Of a stretch of DNA of 64,000 nt, positions 51,050 through 61,263 are shown in pieces. The translations under genes were made by a program, and so were the position numbers. The stretch lies in sequence record LR597663. One strand, 5' to 3'. Position 1 is the stretch's first letter. Each line of letters begins with the position of its first letter. This DNA comes from Escherichia phage VpaE1_ev78. Below the pieces are notes generated by a model that was not told the origin of the DNA, searched no databases, and saw nothing but the letters and a program-made list of their open reading frames with translations.

Positions 51050-53284
51050 ATGATTAAGACAATTAAAAAATCAAACGGTACAGTAGTAAGCTTTGACCCA
51101 GAAAGATTGAATAAGTGGGCATCATGGGCAGATAAACGTGGAATTATCTGGTCAGAAGTCACTATGGAAGCTATGAAACGTGTCTATGAGGGTTGCACTA
51201 CAAAAGAGATGCACCAAGCCATGATTGATGTTTGTGTTGATAAACAAACTCAAGAGTACTCAGATATGGCTGGACGACTGCTTTTGGGTATTATCTACAA
51301 AGAAGCATTTGGAGGCTTTACTAAGGTTCCTACGCTGGTTACCTTCGTTAAAAATATGGAGAGAGCAGGACTTTGGGAGAAGATGGACTACTCACAGGAA
51401 GAGCTTGAATACCTGCAAGGTTACATTGTGCACTCAAAAGATATCTCTTACGGTTATGCAGTCTTGAAACAGTTCAGAGACAAGTATGGTATCCGTGATA
51501 TTAAAACGGGAAGACTTTTTGAGTCACCACAATTTATGTTCATGGGTATGGCTATGAAAGCCTTTGAGAAGCAACCAAAGCACCGTAGACTGCAAGATGT
51601 TATCAAGCTGTACACTTACCTATCTGACCTGAAGATTAACGCTCCTACGCCCTATTTAAACGGGTTAAGAGCAACTAAATCAGGTTATGCGTCATGCTGT
51701 TTGATTAAGGCAAATGATACTGCTGAGTCTCTTGGTATTGCTGCAAAGGTTGCTTATGATATGACCACAAAGCAAGCTGGTATTGGTATGCTGATGGAGA
51801 CACGTACTATTGGTGATGGTATCCGTCAAAATACGATTGAGCACATGGGTAAACTACCTTATTACAAGCTTGTACGTTCATCTGTAGAGGCAAACAAACA
51901 GAAGAGTCGTGGCGGTTCAGCTAATAACTTCTACACTGCTCTAGACCCGCAGATTGAAGATTTACTGCGTTTGAAGCACCCTACAACGGTTCCTTCTAAA
52001 CGTATTAATGAGATGGACTATTCATTCGGCACAAACGATTATTTCTGGCAGTGTGTTCAGTATGATACAGATTGGTTGCTATTCTCTTACAAAGATGCAC
52101 CAAAACTCTATGACATGTTCTACACAGCATCTGCTGATGAGTTTGCTATGGCAGTTGGTCATGCAGTACATTCAGGTGTTAAGCACAGACGAGTCAAGGC
52201 TCGTGAAATTGCTAAGCTGTTTATTCAACAGCGTTATGCTACAGGTCGTGTGTATCCATTCTTCACTAACAATGCAAACACACATACACCATTTAAAGAA
52301 CCATTGAAGATGTCAAATCTTTGTATGGAAATTGTATTGCCAGTGTATGGTTTTGAGAAAGAGACAGACCTTTACAGAGACGATGCTGTGAAAGAGGATG
52401 GTGAGGTGGCTCTTTGCTTCCTAGCTAGTTTGGTTGCAGGGAGAATTTCAGAAGATGAATACGCTGACGTTGCTTATTATGCTCTTGCAATGGTTGACTC
52501 CGTTATTGACCTTATGGATTATCCGTATCCGTCGATGCGTAACCATGTTCAGAAGCGTCGTTCTGTTGGGATTGGCCTTACAAATGTGGCTCATTACCTT
52601 GCGAAGAACTACGTGAACTACTCTTCACGAGCAGGTAAAACGAAGCTTCATGAACTTGCAGAGATGCACTCTTACTATCTACATGAAGCCTCTCTGAGAC
52701 TTGCTAAAGAGCGTGGAGTTCCAGAGTACATGAAGTTCACTAAGTATCCTGAAGGCTGGGTTCCTCCAAAGACAGCTAACAAGAAGATTGATGAAAAGCA
52801 TGATGCAAAACTACGATATGATTGGGATGACTTAGCACAACGTATCAAAGAAAATGGTGGAATCCGAAACTCTGTATTAGAGGCTTACATGCCTAATGAG
52901 AGTTCTTCACTAGCAACTAATACGACAAATGGCTTGTACCCAATTCGTGACTTTATTTTAACTAAAAAGTCTGCAACTGGTAACGTGCTGTTTATTGTTC
53001 CAGATTATGAAGAGTTGAAGTATGTATATGAAATTGCTTGGGGTATTGACACCTTTGACCTGATTGATTGTTATGCAATTGTTCAAAAGTTCACTGGTCA
53101 AGCTATCTCTTCAGATTTCTATGTTGACTACGCAAAAGCTAAGAAGGTATCATTGGCTCAAGCTTTGAAGTACATGATTTATGCCAACTCGGTAGGTATG
53201 AAAACCATGTACTACCTTAACAGTCGCATTGGTGTAGGTAAATCTGCACTGCAAGATGCTTATTGCGAGGGTTGTGGTGTTTAG
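51050..53284 (+). CDS. nrdA: ribonucleotide reductase class I alpha subunit
   Basis: N-terminal ATP-cone-like region, active-site SNLCMEI motif, C-terminal Cys pair CEGCG. Confidence 0.9.
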   Translation: MIKTIKKSNGTVVSFDPERLNKWASWADKRGIIWSEVTMEAMKRVYEGCTTKEMHQAMIDVCVDKQTQEYSDMAGRLLLGIIYKEAFGGFTKVPTLVTFVKNMERAGLWEKMDYSQEELEYLQGYIVHSKDISYGYAVLKQFRDKYGIRDIKTGRLFESPQFMFMGMAMKAFEKQPKHRRLQDVIKLYTYLSDLKINAPTPYLNGLRATKSGYASCCLIKANDTAESLGIAAKVAYDMTTKQAGIGMLMETRTIGDGIRQNTIEHMGKLPYYKLVRSSVEANKQKSRGGSANNFYTALDPQIEDLLRLKHPTTVPSKRINEMDYSFGTNDYFWQCVQYDTDWLLFSYKDAPKLYDMFYTASADEFAMAVGHAVHSGVKHRRVKAREIAKLFIQQRYATGRVYPFFTNNANTHTPFKEPLKMSNLCMEIVLPVYGFEKETDLYRDDAVKEDGEVALCFLASLVAGRISEDEYADVAYYALAMVDSVIDLMDYPYPSMRNHVQKRRSVGIGLTNVAHYLAKNYVNYSSRAGKTKLHELAEMHSYYLHEASLRLAKERGVPEYMKFTKYPEGWVPPKTANKKIDEKHDAKLRYDWDDLAQRIKENGGIRNSVLEAYMPNESSSLATNTTNGLYPIRDFILTKKSATGNVLFIVPDYEELKYVYEIAWGIDTFDLIDCYAIVQKFTGQAISSDFYVDYAKAKKVSLAQALKYMIYANSVGMKTMYYLNSRIGVGKSALQDAYCEGCGV

Positions 53285-53339
53285 TTTTAACAACTACGAG
53301 GGTCGTAAAAGACCCTCTAAAAATAACTTTGGAGAGACC

Positions 53340-53597
53340 ATGAAAGATTTAATAGAAAAACATGAACGACCAATATACTTGCTCTACAAACCCCGCAAAA
53401 CATTGTACTATGTGAGCAGCACAGGTATCATGATAAAGCAGAATGATGACTTATGGGTCACTGGAGCCTCTTACATCTCTACAGCAGATGGTAAAATCTA
53501 CGCAAGACCTTATGAGATGTTTAACAAAGAGAATTGGGAAGTTTTAGACAGAAAACAAGCCTTAGAAATGATAAAGAAAGGAGAAATCACGCTATGA
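53340..53597 (+). CDS. hypothetical protein (85 aa) between nrdA and nrdB
   Basis: Trimmed to ATG after GGAGAG RBS; hairpin GAGGGTC-GTAAAA-GACCCTC just upstream. Confidence 0.4.
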   Translation: MKDLIEKHERPIYLLYKPRKTLYYVSSTGIMIKQNDDLWVTGASYISTADGKIYARPYEMFNKENWEVLDRKQALEMIKKGEITL

Positions 53598-54667
53598 TTA
53601 ACCAGCACCCAATCTTTTTAGGTGGTGAGAGAAAAACTTTTGACTCACTTAATAAACACTACCCAAAAATCTTTGAACTATATAAGCAACAAAAAGCACA
53701 AGATTGGTCAGAAGATGAGTTCCCTTTTGAACAATCACGTCTTGATTTTGAGAGTGTTCCAGCATCTATGTCAGGTGTAATGCTTGAGATTCTTAAGTGG
53801 CAATGGGAAGCAGACACCCAAGTTGCTAAGAGCTTGGCATTTGCCTTTGCACCTTTCATCTCTGATGACATTTATGCGACTGCAATTATGAAGCAGTCTG
53901 AGATTGAAAACCTACATGCTCTTACTTACTCAGAGATTGTAAGACAATGTATTAAAAACCCTGAAACAATCTTAGACGAAATTAACCAGAATGTTGCTGT
54001 GCAAGACCGATTAAAAACTGTGAATCGTGTTCTTGAAGAGTTACTGGATGAAGGGATAAACTACCGACTGAGTTATGTGCGTGATTCACTTCTGGACAAA
54101 GACCCTTTACACTTCCATAAAGTGATTCTGAAAGGGCTGTTTGCAGTGACTGCACTTGAAGGTATATCTTTTATGGCATCCTTTGCATGTACTTTTGCAC
54201 TTGATGCTCAAGATAAATTTCAGGGTATTGCTCAAGCTGTGCAGAAGATTATGCTTGATGAAATCCTTCACACTAAAATTGATATTGAAGTTTTAAAAGA
54301 AACTTTAAGAGATGATGAGTGGCAGAAAGCTTTTCAACAAATTCTTCCAGAGATTAAAGTAATCTTAGATGAAGTAGTTGAAAGTGAAGAGAAATGGTCG
54401 TATTATATCTTCTCCGAAGGACGTGCTGTAGTTGGCCTAAATACAAAGCTTCTTCATGAGTGGGTTTACTATAATGCTGCCCCACTGTATGATATGTTTG
54501 GCATTCCCAGAGATTTTGTAGCTCCTAAAGAACCACCTTTGAAGTATATGATTAAGAAGATGGAAATTGATAAAGAGCAGAATGCTAATCAGGAGCAACA
54601 GAACGGTGCGTACTTATTGAATACTGTTGTAGATGATTTGAATAGTGGATTTTTAGAGGTTCCTTAA
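53594..54667 (+). CDS. nrdB: ribonucleotide reductase class I beta subunit
   Basis: Start trimmed to MINQHP; di-iron and tyrosyl-radical subunit-like helices; coupled to nrdA region. Confidence 0.8.
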   Translation: MINQHPIFLGGERKTFDSLNKHYPKIFELYKQQKAQDWSEDEFPFEQSRLDFESVPASMSGVMLEILKWQWEADTQVAKSLAFAFAPFISDDIYATAIMKQSEIENLHALTYSEIVRQCIKNPETILDEINQNVAVQDRLKTVNRVLEELLDEGINYRLSYVRDSLLDKDPLHFHKVILKGLFAVTALEGISFMASFACTFALDAQDKFQGIAQAVQKIMLDEILHTKIDIEVLKETLRDDEWQKAFQQILPEIKVILDEVVESEEKWSYYIFSEGRAVVGLNTKLLHEWVYYNAAPLYDMFGIPRDFVAPKEPPLKYMIKKMEIDKEQNANQEQQNGAYLLNTVVDDLNSGFLEVP

Positions 54668-54909
54668 TGACTTATGTAATTTACTCCAAAACTGGATGCC
54701 CTCAGTGTGAGACTGCAAAGAATTTTGCAAAAGCTCGTGGTATTGACCATGTTGTGAGAATGTTAGGGCAGGATTATGAACTGTCAGACCTGATGGATAT
54801 TGCACAGATGCCAGTTCGTCAGATGCCATTCATCATGAAGACTGATGGTCAAAATCTAAAACCTGTTGGGACGCTACAGAATTTTATGGCAGAGGTGAAT
54901 AATGCTTAA
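54667..54909 (+). CDS. glutaredoxin-like protein (NrdH/NrdC-like)
   Basis: Active-site CPQC motif near N-terminus; 80 aa; adjacent to RNR genes. Confidence 0.7.
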   Translation: MTYVIYSKTGCPQCETAKNFAKARGIDHVVRMLGQDYELSDLMDIAQMPVRQMPFIMKTDGQNLKPVGTLQNFMAEVNNA

Positions 54910-55108
54910 ACGCCTTTGGGAAGGTTTGGTTGTTGATGCACCAGCCATTGTGATTGGTATGCTTATTGTTAACCTATTTACTGATTTTGAACAAGGTTCA
55001 TTGTTTGGAGCCATGTTACTATGGGTTATCTTTGAAATATTAGAGATACAGCTAGGTATCACTGAAAAACTAATAAAACTCTTTTCGAAGTTTTCTAAAA
55101 AGATTTAA
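54902..55108 (+). CDS. small membrane protein (68 aa)
   Basis: Two hydrophobic segments. Confidence 0.4.
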   Translation: MLKRLWEGLVVDAPAIVIGMLIVNLFTDFEQGSLFGAMLLWVIFEILEIQLGITEKLIKLFSKFSKKI

Positions 55109-55115
55109 AATGAAA

Positions 55116-55137
55116 GGGTCTCTTCGGAGACCTTTTT
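55116..55137 (+). terminator. intrinsic terminator (GGGTCTC-TTCG-GAGACC plus TTTTT)
   Basis: Hairpin with TTCG loop and T-run. Confidence 0.7.
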
Positions 55138-55156
55138 AGCATGTAAAGGGGCAATA

Positions 55157-57301
55157 ATGAACAAAGTACAGATTATTAAAAAGAATGGCTCACTCGAAGA
55201 ACCTGATATCAAAAAAGTTTTAGCAGCAGTAGCTAAGTCAGCTAACAGGGTTGGATATAAAGAACTTCCACCAGATGTTACCCAAGCTCTTGAGTCAGCA
55301 TTCATGAGGATTTTGGTAAAGTCCACTAAGCAGAATAATTTGCTTATCTCGGTAAATGATATTCACAGTATTGTTGAAGGTGCTTTGGCAGAAGTTAATC
55401 ACGAGATTTATGAGTCTTACTCAACATACAGAAATTACCGTAAAGAGGTTGCTCAAAATTGGGATGAACTCTACCAGAAGACTAAAGATACACTCTTCTT
55501 AGGTGACCGTGAAAATGCTAACTTTGACAGCAGTTTAATTTCTACGAAAGGTTCAATTATCCGTGGTTACCTGACTAAAGAAATCTTTAAACAGTACCAT
55601 TTAACACCAGAGGAACTTGAAGCCATTGAAAAAGGATTTATCTATATCCATGATTTAAGAGACCTAATTTTTGGTGGTATCAACTGTTGCCTGTTTGACA
55701 TTGGTAAAGTCCTGAAAGGTGGCTTTGAAATGTCTGGCATCGAATATTGTGAACCAAAGTCTGTACTGTCGGCCTTACAGGTTATAGGTGACGTAGTTCT
55801 TTCAGCAACTGCACAGCAATTTGGTGGTTTTACTTTAGCAGAGATTGATAAGGTACTTGTGCCGTATGCTAAGAAGTCTCTACGCTATCATGCTGAGAAA
55901 GCAGCATCTTATGGTATTCCTAAAGAACATTACCACAATTATGTCATGGAGCAGCTACAGATTGAACTGACTCAAGGTTTCCAGTCACTTGAAATGAAAC
56001 TAAACACTGTACCTTGTAGCCGTGGGGATTTTGCATTCACAACTTTGACATTCGGGCTACTTGACTCAGATATGTCCAATGAAGATAACCGACTGCAATA
56101 TATGATTGCAAGTACTCTCCTAGATGTTCGTATGAATGGACAAGGTAAGAGCAAGAAACCTGTTGTATTCCCTAAACTGGTTTATATTTATGACCAGAAG
56201 AGACATAATGAGAATATCTGTCAAGGCCACCTGTACAGTAAAGCTATAGAGTGTTGCTCTAAAGCGATGTATCCAGATTTCTTAAGTGTATCTGGTCATG
56301 GTGCTGTAGCAGAGGCTTTTGAGCGTTCTGGCAAGGTTATTTCGCCGATGGGTTGCCGAGCGTTCTTATCTCCGTATCTTAACGAGAATGGGGAAGAGTT
56401 CTACGTTGGTCGTGCTAACATTGGTGCTGTATCTTTGAACTTACCAATGATTTACCAGTATTCTAAAGAGAATGGTTTAGATTTCTGGAAAGAGCTTGAT
56501 AAGTACCTAGAGATGATTCGCAGCTTCCACAAGAAACGCTACGAAATGATTGCTAATATGCCAGCAAGTTCTAACCCTCTTGCATTCACACAAGGTGGTC
56601 TGTACAAAGGGACTAAGAAACCTACTGACAAGGTTGGTTGGGATATCGTGAAGTCCTTCACAGCTTCTTTTGGGGTTACTGCTCTTGATGAACTGTCTGT
56701 TCTTGCTGAAGGTAAACGACTTCATGAAGTTGGAAGATATAGTTTTGCATACGATGTTCTGGAATACATCAACATGAAAACTGAAGAGTTTAAGAACGAA
56801 GATGGCTTCTTGTATGCGGTATATGGCACTCCAGCAGAATCACTTTGTGGAACTCAGTTAAAACAGTTCAGAGATATGTTTGGCGTTATTAAAGGTGTCT
56901 CTGACAAGGAATACTTTACAAACAGTTTCCATATGAATGTTGCAGCAGACATCTCACCATTTGAGAAGCAGGACTTAGAAGAGCCATTCTTCCATATCTG
57001 TAGAGGTGGCAGAATCCAGTATGTAAGGGTAGCTAACCCAGAAAACTTAACAGCACTTAAAAGTTGTATTACCAGAGGGATGTTGAAGGGTTTTTATCAG
57101 GGACTTAACTTTGACTTAGCAATCTGTGAACATTGTGGTAACAGACCAAAGGCTGATGTTGAAGAATGTGAGGTTTGCCATTCACATGATATCTCTGTGA
57201 TTAACAGGGTGTGCGGGTATCTTGGGTGGACCAAGATTAAAGGTGAATCCCGAATGAACGATGCAAAAATCGCTGAGATTCGTGATAGAGTCTCTATGTA
57301 A
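55157..57301 (+). CDS. nrdD: anaerobic ribonucleotide reductase (class III)
   Basis: C-terminal zinc cluster CEHCG...CEVCH and glycyl-radical motif RVCGY. Confidence 0.85.
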   Translation: MNKVQIIKKNGSLEEPDIKKVLAAVAKSANRVGYKELPPDVTQALESAFMRILVKSTKQNNLLISVNDIHSIVEGALAEVNHEIYESYSTYRNYRKEVAQNWDELYQKTKDTLFLGDRENANFDSSLISTKGSIIRGYLTKEIFKQYHLTPEELEAIEKGFIYIHDLRDLIFGGINCCLFDIGKVLKGGFEMSGIEYCEPKSVLSALQVIGDVVLSATAQQFGGFTLAEIDKVLVPYAKKSLRYHAEKAASYGIPKEHYHNYVMEQLQIELTQGFQSLEMKLNTVPCSRGDFAFTTLTFGLLDSDMSNEDNRLQYMIASTLLDVRMNGQGKSKKPVVFPKLVYIYDQKRHNENICQGHLYSKAIECCSKAMYPDFLSVSGHGAVAEAFERSGKVISPMGCRAFLSPYLNENGEEFYVGRANIGAVSLNLPMIYQYSKENGLDFWKELDKYLEMIRSFHKKRYEMIANMPASSNPLAFTQGGLYKGTKKPTDKVGWDIVKSFTASFGVTALDELSVLAEGKRLHEVGRYSFAYDVLEYINMKTEEFKNEDGFLYAVYGTPAESLCGTQLKQFRDMFGVIKGVSDKEYFTNSFHMNVAADISPFEKQDLEEPFFHICRGGRIQYVRVANPENLTALKSCITRGMLKGFYQGLNFDLAICEHCGNRPKADVEECEVCHSHDISVINRVCGYLGWTKIKGESRMNDAKIAEIRDRVSM

Positions 57302-57310
57302 AACTTGACA

Positions 57311-57350
57311 AGGTGATGTGGGTCTTGATAGGCTTACATCACCTTTTTTA
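57311..57350 (+). terminator. intrinsic terminator (AGGTGATGT...ACATCACCT plus TTTTTT)
   Basis: 9-bp stem and T-run after nrdD. Confidence 0.7.
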
Positions 57351-57455
57351 TTGGATGTTAGATATGGCAGAGAGTATTATTGGGTTGTTCATAGGTTCTG
57401 TCTTACTAGGGTTCTTTTTAGGACTCTCTTATTGTGAATTGAAAGGTAAGTTAAA

Positions 57456-57656
57456 ATGTTTAAGATATCAAAAGCGTTGATATACATACTCCATATTCTA
57501 GTCTTCTTCTTTGGGGTTAGTGTTATGGTATGGGGTTTTTCAGACCCACAATGGGGTTTCTCATATCATGGTCAGATGGATTTATGGTCATGCTTCAAAC
57601 CATTTTTAGGGTTAGTCATAGCATTCAGTGCATTACCAACTAAGGTGAAATTATGA
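57456..57656 (+). CDS. small membrane protein (66 aa)
   Basis: Hydrophobic segments; between nrdD and nrdG. Confidence 0.4.
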   Translation: MFKISKALIYILHILVFFFGVSVMVWGFSDPQWGFSYHGQMDLWSCFKPFLGLVIAFSALPTKVKL

Positions 57657-58048
57657 TTAAGTTGAGCCAAAAACAGTTAGAGTGGATTAAAGATTATGCC
57701 TTAGAGTGTGGCTCTTGTGAAAAGAATCACGTAAGATACTCAACATTCCACACGGTCTTCACATTGTATATCGGCGACAATGTTCTAAGTGATTCTGTAG
57801 AAGATGGTGTAGCATTGCCTAATGAATTGCTTGACAAATTAGCTGTAGTCACTGGAACTTGGTCTGAAGAAGATGGTCACGAACTATCTGATGATGTTGT
57901 CTTCTACAGTCTTGAAAACATCATGAATCCAGAGTACATTATGCTAATGACTTGCGCACAAGATTGTGTACCATTACAAAACTTCATTAAAGAGCACTGT
58001 GAAGAATTTATTACTAAACAGGTTCCTTGTCAGGTGGTGTTTGAATGA
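57653..58048 (+). CDS. hypothetical Cys-rich acidic protein (131 aa)
   Basis: Coupled ORF. Confidence 0.45.
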   Translation: MIKLSQKQLEWIKDYALECGSCEKNHVRYSTFHTVFTLYIGDNVLSDSVEDGVALPNELLDKLAVVTGTWSEEDGHELSDDVVFYSLENIMNPEYIMLMTCAQDCVPLQNFIKEHCEEFITKQVPCQVVFE

Positions 58049-58344
58049 GTAAAACAATTCGAAGAAAAGGTTTAAAGAACGTTCATGGACTTTATGAGTG
58101 GAGAAATGAGGTACGTAACAGAGAAAATGCTTCAGATGTCTACTTCCATTCTGATATGATGTCCAGAAAAGGTGGCTCTTATGACTTTACAAGTCAGCCT
58201 TGTAGAGAGATTAAGAAGGCTACTAAACGTCTTACAAGAACACAAATAAGGCAGCTTTCTAAGACATCCTTCTTAGATGAAGACTTTGACATTGACAGTA
58301 AGTCTCCGAAGAAAGCTGCTAAGAACACTTATATGTATTGGTGA
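58045..58344 (+). CDS. hypothetical basic protein (99 aa)
   Basis: Coupled ORF. Confidence 0.45.
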   Translation: MSKTIRRKGLKNVHGLYEWRNEVRNRENASDVYFHSDMMSRKGGSYDFTSQPCREIKKATKRLTRTQIRQLSKTSFLDEDFDIDSKSPKKAAKNTYMYW

Positions 58345-58353
58345 GGTAACTAG

Positions 58354-58839
58354 ATGAATTACATGGAGATTCGACCATTTGACACAGCTAATGGTGAAGG
58401 GGTTCGTGTAAGCCTCTTCGTAGCTGGTTGTAAGCATCACTGTGAAGGCTGCTTTAATAAGGAATCTTGGAAGTTTAATGCTGGTAAAGAGTTCACTTAT
58501 GCAAACCTTTATGGCATCATTAAGTTAATGGATGATAATGCCATCAGTGGGCTGTCAATACTTGGTGGAGAACCTCTAGATGATAGAAATATTCAAGAGG
58601 TTACCAACATATGCAAACGTATTAAAACCGTTTACCCAGAAAAATCTATCTGGCTCTGGACAGGTTTTCAGTTACATGAAAAAATTCACCTTGATGTGAT
58701 GAAATATGTTGACGTGGTGATTGATGGTAAGTATGATTCATCTAAACCAACAGTTAAACCGTATCGTGGTTCAGATAACCAAAACCTCTGGAGAAAAGAG
58801 TACGGATGGCAAGGTGATTGTCAGTGGAGAGCAGAGTGA
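58354..58839 (+). CDS. nrdG: anaerobic RNR activating protein (radical SAM)
   Basis: Cys cluster CKHHCEGC near N-terminus; small size; adjacent to nrdD. Confidence 0.75.
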   Translation: MNYMEIRPFDTANGEGVRVSLFVAGCKHHCEGCFNKESWKFNAGKEFTYANLYGIIKLMDDNAISGLSILGGEPLDDRNIQEVTNICKRIKTVYPEKSIWLWTGFQLHEKIHLDVMKYVDVVIDGKYDSSKPTVKPYRGSDNQNLWRKEYGWQGDCQWRAE

Positions 58840-58935
58840 TTATTCTGGCAAATGGACTAAGGTATAACTCCAATTGGTATCACTGAAGAAGAACTTCATA
58901 AGTTCTGTATTAAACTTTAATGAGAGAGACTAAAA

Positions 58936-59202
58936 ATGGGAATTTTAGGTAATATGAAAGCTGGATTCTTGAAGGCACTGGAAAAAGCAGCAGCAATTGT
59001 TTCTATGACTGGAAAGCAGGTCGGTGTAGATGCTTCAGCGGTTGCACAGGTTCTTGCAAGCCAAATTGAACAGCAGCCTTACATCTACGTAGGACGTGGT
59101 AAAGGTGGTAAGAAACAAGCCCACCGCCAATCTGGTGCAGCAGCTATTAAACGAGCAGCTAAGAAAGCTCGTAACCGTAAACGTAACAAGAAGGTTAAAT
59201 AA
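58936..59202 (+). CDS. hypothetical protein with highly basic C-terminal tail (88 aa)
   Basis: C-terminus KRAAKKARNRKRNKKVK. Confidence 0.45.
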   Translation: MGILGNMKAGFLKALEKAAAIVSMTGKQVGVDASAVAQVLASQIEQQPYIYVGRGKGGKKQAHRQSGAAAIKRAAKKARNRKRNKKVK

Positions 59203-59204
59203 CC

Positions 59205-59525
59205 ATGAGCAAAGTTTATAACACTCGTAAATTACAGATTTTCGTACTGTGCCAGTTTATGGCTAAAGAATACAACTTCTACTATTGTGGTACAGGTTTT
59301 ATTAGCGATGATGATGGCTCATACCTCCCATTCAAAGAGGCTGTAAAACTCTTCAATGAAGAGAAAAGTTCTAAGAAAGATATTGAAAAGGTTAAGCTAA
59401 CCTACAGCAAGAAAGATAAGAAGATTATCTGCCTAGATAACTTTGTGAAAGTTACTGGAGAAGCAAAAGAGTTTATGGATGAGAGTGAGATTTCATTCAC
59501 AAGCATCTTGAAAGTAGCTCAGTAA
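59205..59525 (+). CDS. hypothetical protein (106 aa)
   Basis: Coupled ORF followed by terminator. Confidence 0.45.
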   Translation: MSKVYNTRKLQIFVLCQFMAKEYNFYYCGTGFISDDDGSYLPFKEAVKLFNEEKSSKKDIEKVKLTYSKKDKKIICLDNFVKVTGEAKEFMDESEISFTSILKVAQ

Positions 59526-59536
59526 ACAGATACTAT

Positions 59537-59563
59537 AAGGGGACTGTAAAGGTTCCCTTTTTA
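59537..59563 (+). terminator. intrinsic terminator (AAGGG...CCCTT plus TTTTT)
   Basis: Hairpin and T-run. Confidence 0.55.
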
Positions 59564-59576
59564 TTTTGGAGGTAAA

Positions 59577-60362
59577 ATGTATCTGTCAAACCTGAAACGT
59601 TCGGTTGCAATGTCAGTTCTAAGACTCAGCTTTGATGAGCGTCAAGAGTTTATAGACTCCCACAAATATGACCCTTCAAATTCTAATCACATGGTTCTTT
59701 GGAATCGTGATAACTTCCGTGAAAGAGCACTTGTCCGTTATTACCCACACTACACAATAGATAACCTGTATGAATGGTGTGTTGTGAAGAACACCATTGC
59801 AACACTGAACAATCTTTGCAGGTATACGGGTAAGCAAACATTTACATTAGGTCATCACAAACCTGTTACAAAAGGTGGTGAACATCACTGTGCAAACTGG
59901 TTTATCCAAACTAAAGCTGATAACCAGAAGCAAGGAGATAGCCTCCTAAGTATCCCTAAGATGACCTATGAAGAGCAAGAGAAATATATCAAAAATAATA
60001 TGCCAGATGTGCTTGACAACAACTATACAGATTTGGCAATATCTCTCCTGTTGAAGTTCGAGACAGTTTATAGGCAACTTATAATGGTTAAAGAAAAGTG
60101 GGAGATTTTACCATTAGTCAGTGAAGGAGGTAATGGTTGTGAAATGTACATGATACGTGGTCATGTTCCAGAGCCAATTGCACTTGAGATGGTAAACAAC
60201 TTTACAGATGGTTCTTACAAAGACTTAGGCGAACCAACTGTCAAGCAACAATGGGTTAAACCTGTACCAGACAGCACAGGTAACTGTAGTGTACTTTATC
60301 ACGTTGTAGACCCTGCAAAATGCAAATCTGCAATGGCAGTAACAAACGTAACTTTTGATTGA
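59577..60362 (+). CDS. hypothetical protein with HNH-like nuclease motif (261 aa)
   Basis: Segment LGHHKPVTKGGEHHCANWFIQTKADNQKQGD resembles HNH core. Confidence 0.45.
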   Translation: MYLSNLKRSVAMSVLRLSFDERQEFIDSHKYDPSNSNHMVLWNRDNFRERALVRYYPHYTIDNLYEWCVVKNTIATLNNLCRYTGKQTFTLGHHKPVTKGGEHHCANWFIQTKADNQKQGDSLLSIPKMTYEEQEKYIKNNMPDVLDNNYTDLAISLLLKFETVYRQLIMVKEKWEILPLVSEGGNGCEMYMIRGHVPEPIALEMVNNFTDGSYKDLGEPTVKQQWVKPVPDSTGNCSVLYHVVDPAKCKSAMAVTNVTFD

Positions 60363-60373
60363 GAGAGAAAACT

Positions 60374-61255
60374 ATGAAAACATCTATCCGTGTTACAGTT
60401 CATTCACCAACTAAAGGAACTCATGAAGAAGAGTTTAACATCATCCAATTTCCTTCTGGTGAGATTGGTGGACACTTTTCGCCAGAGTTTGTTGATTTCA
60501 CTGCTTATGCAGCATCATCCATCAACAATGTGATTATGATTGTAAAAGGTTATGATAAGGACACTTTGTTTGCTGTGGCACTTGCTAAAGAAGCAATTGA
60601 TGATTTAATTCCTCATGATTATGCTTTAAAGACTGTCATCTTTTACTACTTACCAAATGCACGTTATGACCGTCACATGTTTAAAGGCGACGCAGCAGCT
60701 TTAAAGGTTTTTGCTAAACAGGTAAATGCAATGGGATTTGGTGCAGTCTGTGCAGTTGACCCTCACAGTTACGTTCCAGATAACCTGTTTAACTGCTTCC
60801 AGAGTATTCCTCAAAAGGAGATTGCAGTCCACTATGCAAATGACCCACTGGTTGATTACTTAGTAGCCCCAGATGCAGGTGCTGCTAAGAAGGTTGCAGA
60901 GACTGCTAAAGAGGTGGATAAACCATACATCACAATGTCTAAAGTGCGTAACCTTAAGACTGGTGAAATTACTGGTATGCGAATCCTTGATGATGTTGAT
61001 TTGACAGATAAAACCGTCATGATTCTTGATGATATCTGTGATGGTGGTCGAACCTTCATAGAAGCAGCGAAACATCTTCGTGAAGCAGGTGCAAAACGTG
61101 TGGAACTCTATGTGACTCATGGTATCTTCTCTAAAGGCGTTGAAAACCTTCTTGACAATGGCATTGACCACATCTACACTACAAACTCTTTAGGGGAAGC
61201 TAAAGACCGTGGCTTAACACATTATGGTCAAGTTACTGTAGTAACCATTGATTAG
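60374..61255 (+). CDS. prs: ribose-phosphate pyrophosphokinase (PRPP synthetase)
   Basis: PRPP-binding motif VMILDDICDGGRT; start trimmed to ATG after GAGAGAGA RBS. Confidence 0.8.
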   Translation: MKTSIRVTVHSPTKGTHEEEFNIIQFPSGEIGGHFSPEFVDFTAYAASSINNVIMIVKGYDKDTLFAVALAKEAIDDLIPHDYALKTVIFYYLPNARYDRHMFKGDAAALKVFAKQVNAMGFGAVCAVDPHSYVPDNLFNCFQSIPQKEIAVHYANDPLVDYLVAPDAGAAKKVAETAKEVDKPYITMSKVRNLKTGEITGMRILDDVDLTDKTVMILDDICDGGRTFIEAAKHLREAGAKRVELYVTHGIFSKGVENLLDNGIDHIYTTNSLGEAKDRGLTHYGQVTVVTID

Positions 61256-61263
61256 GTAACAGT

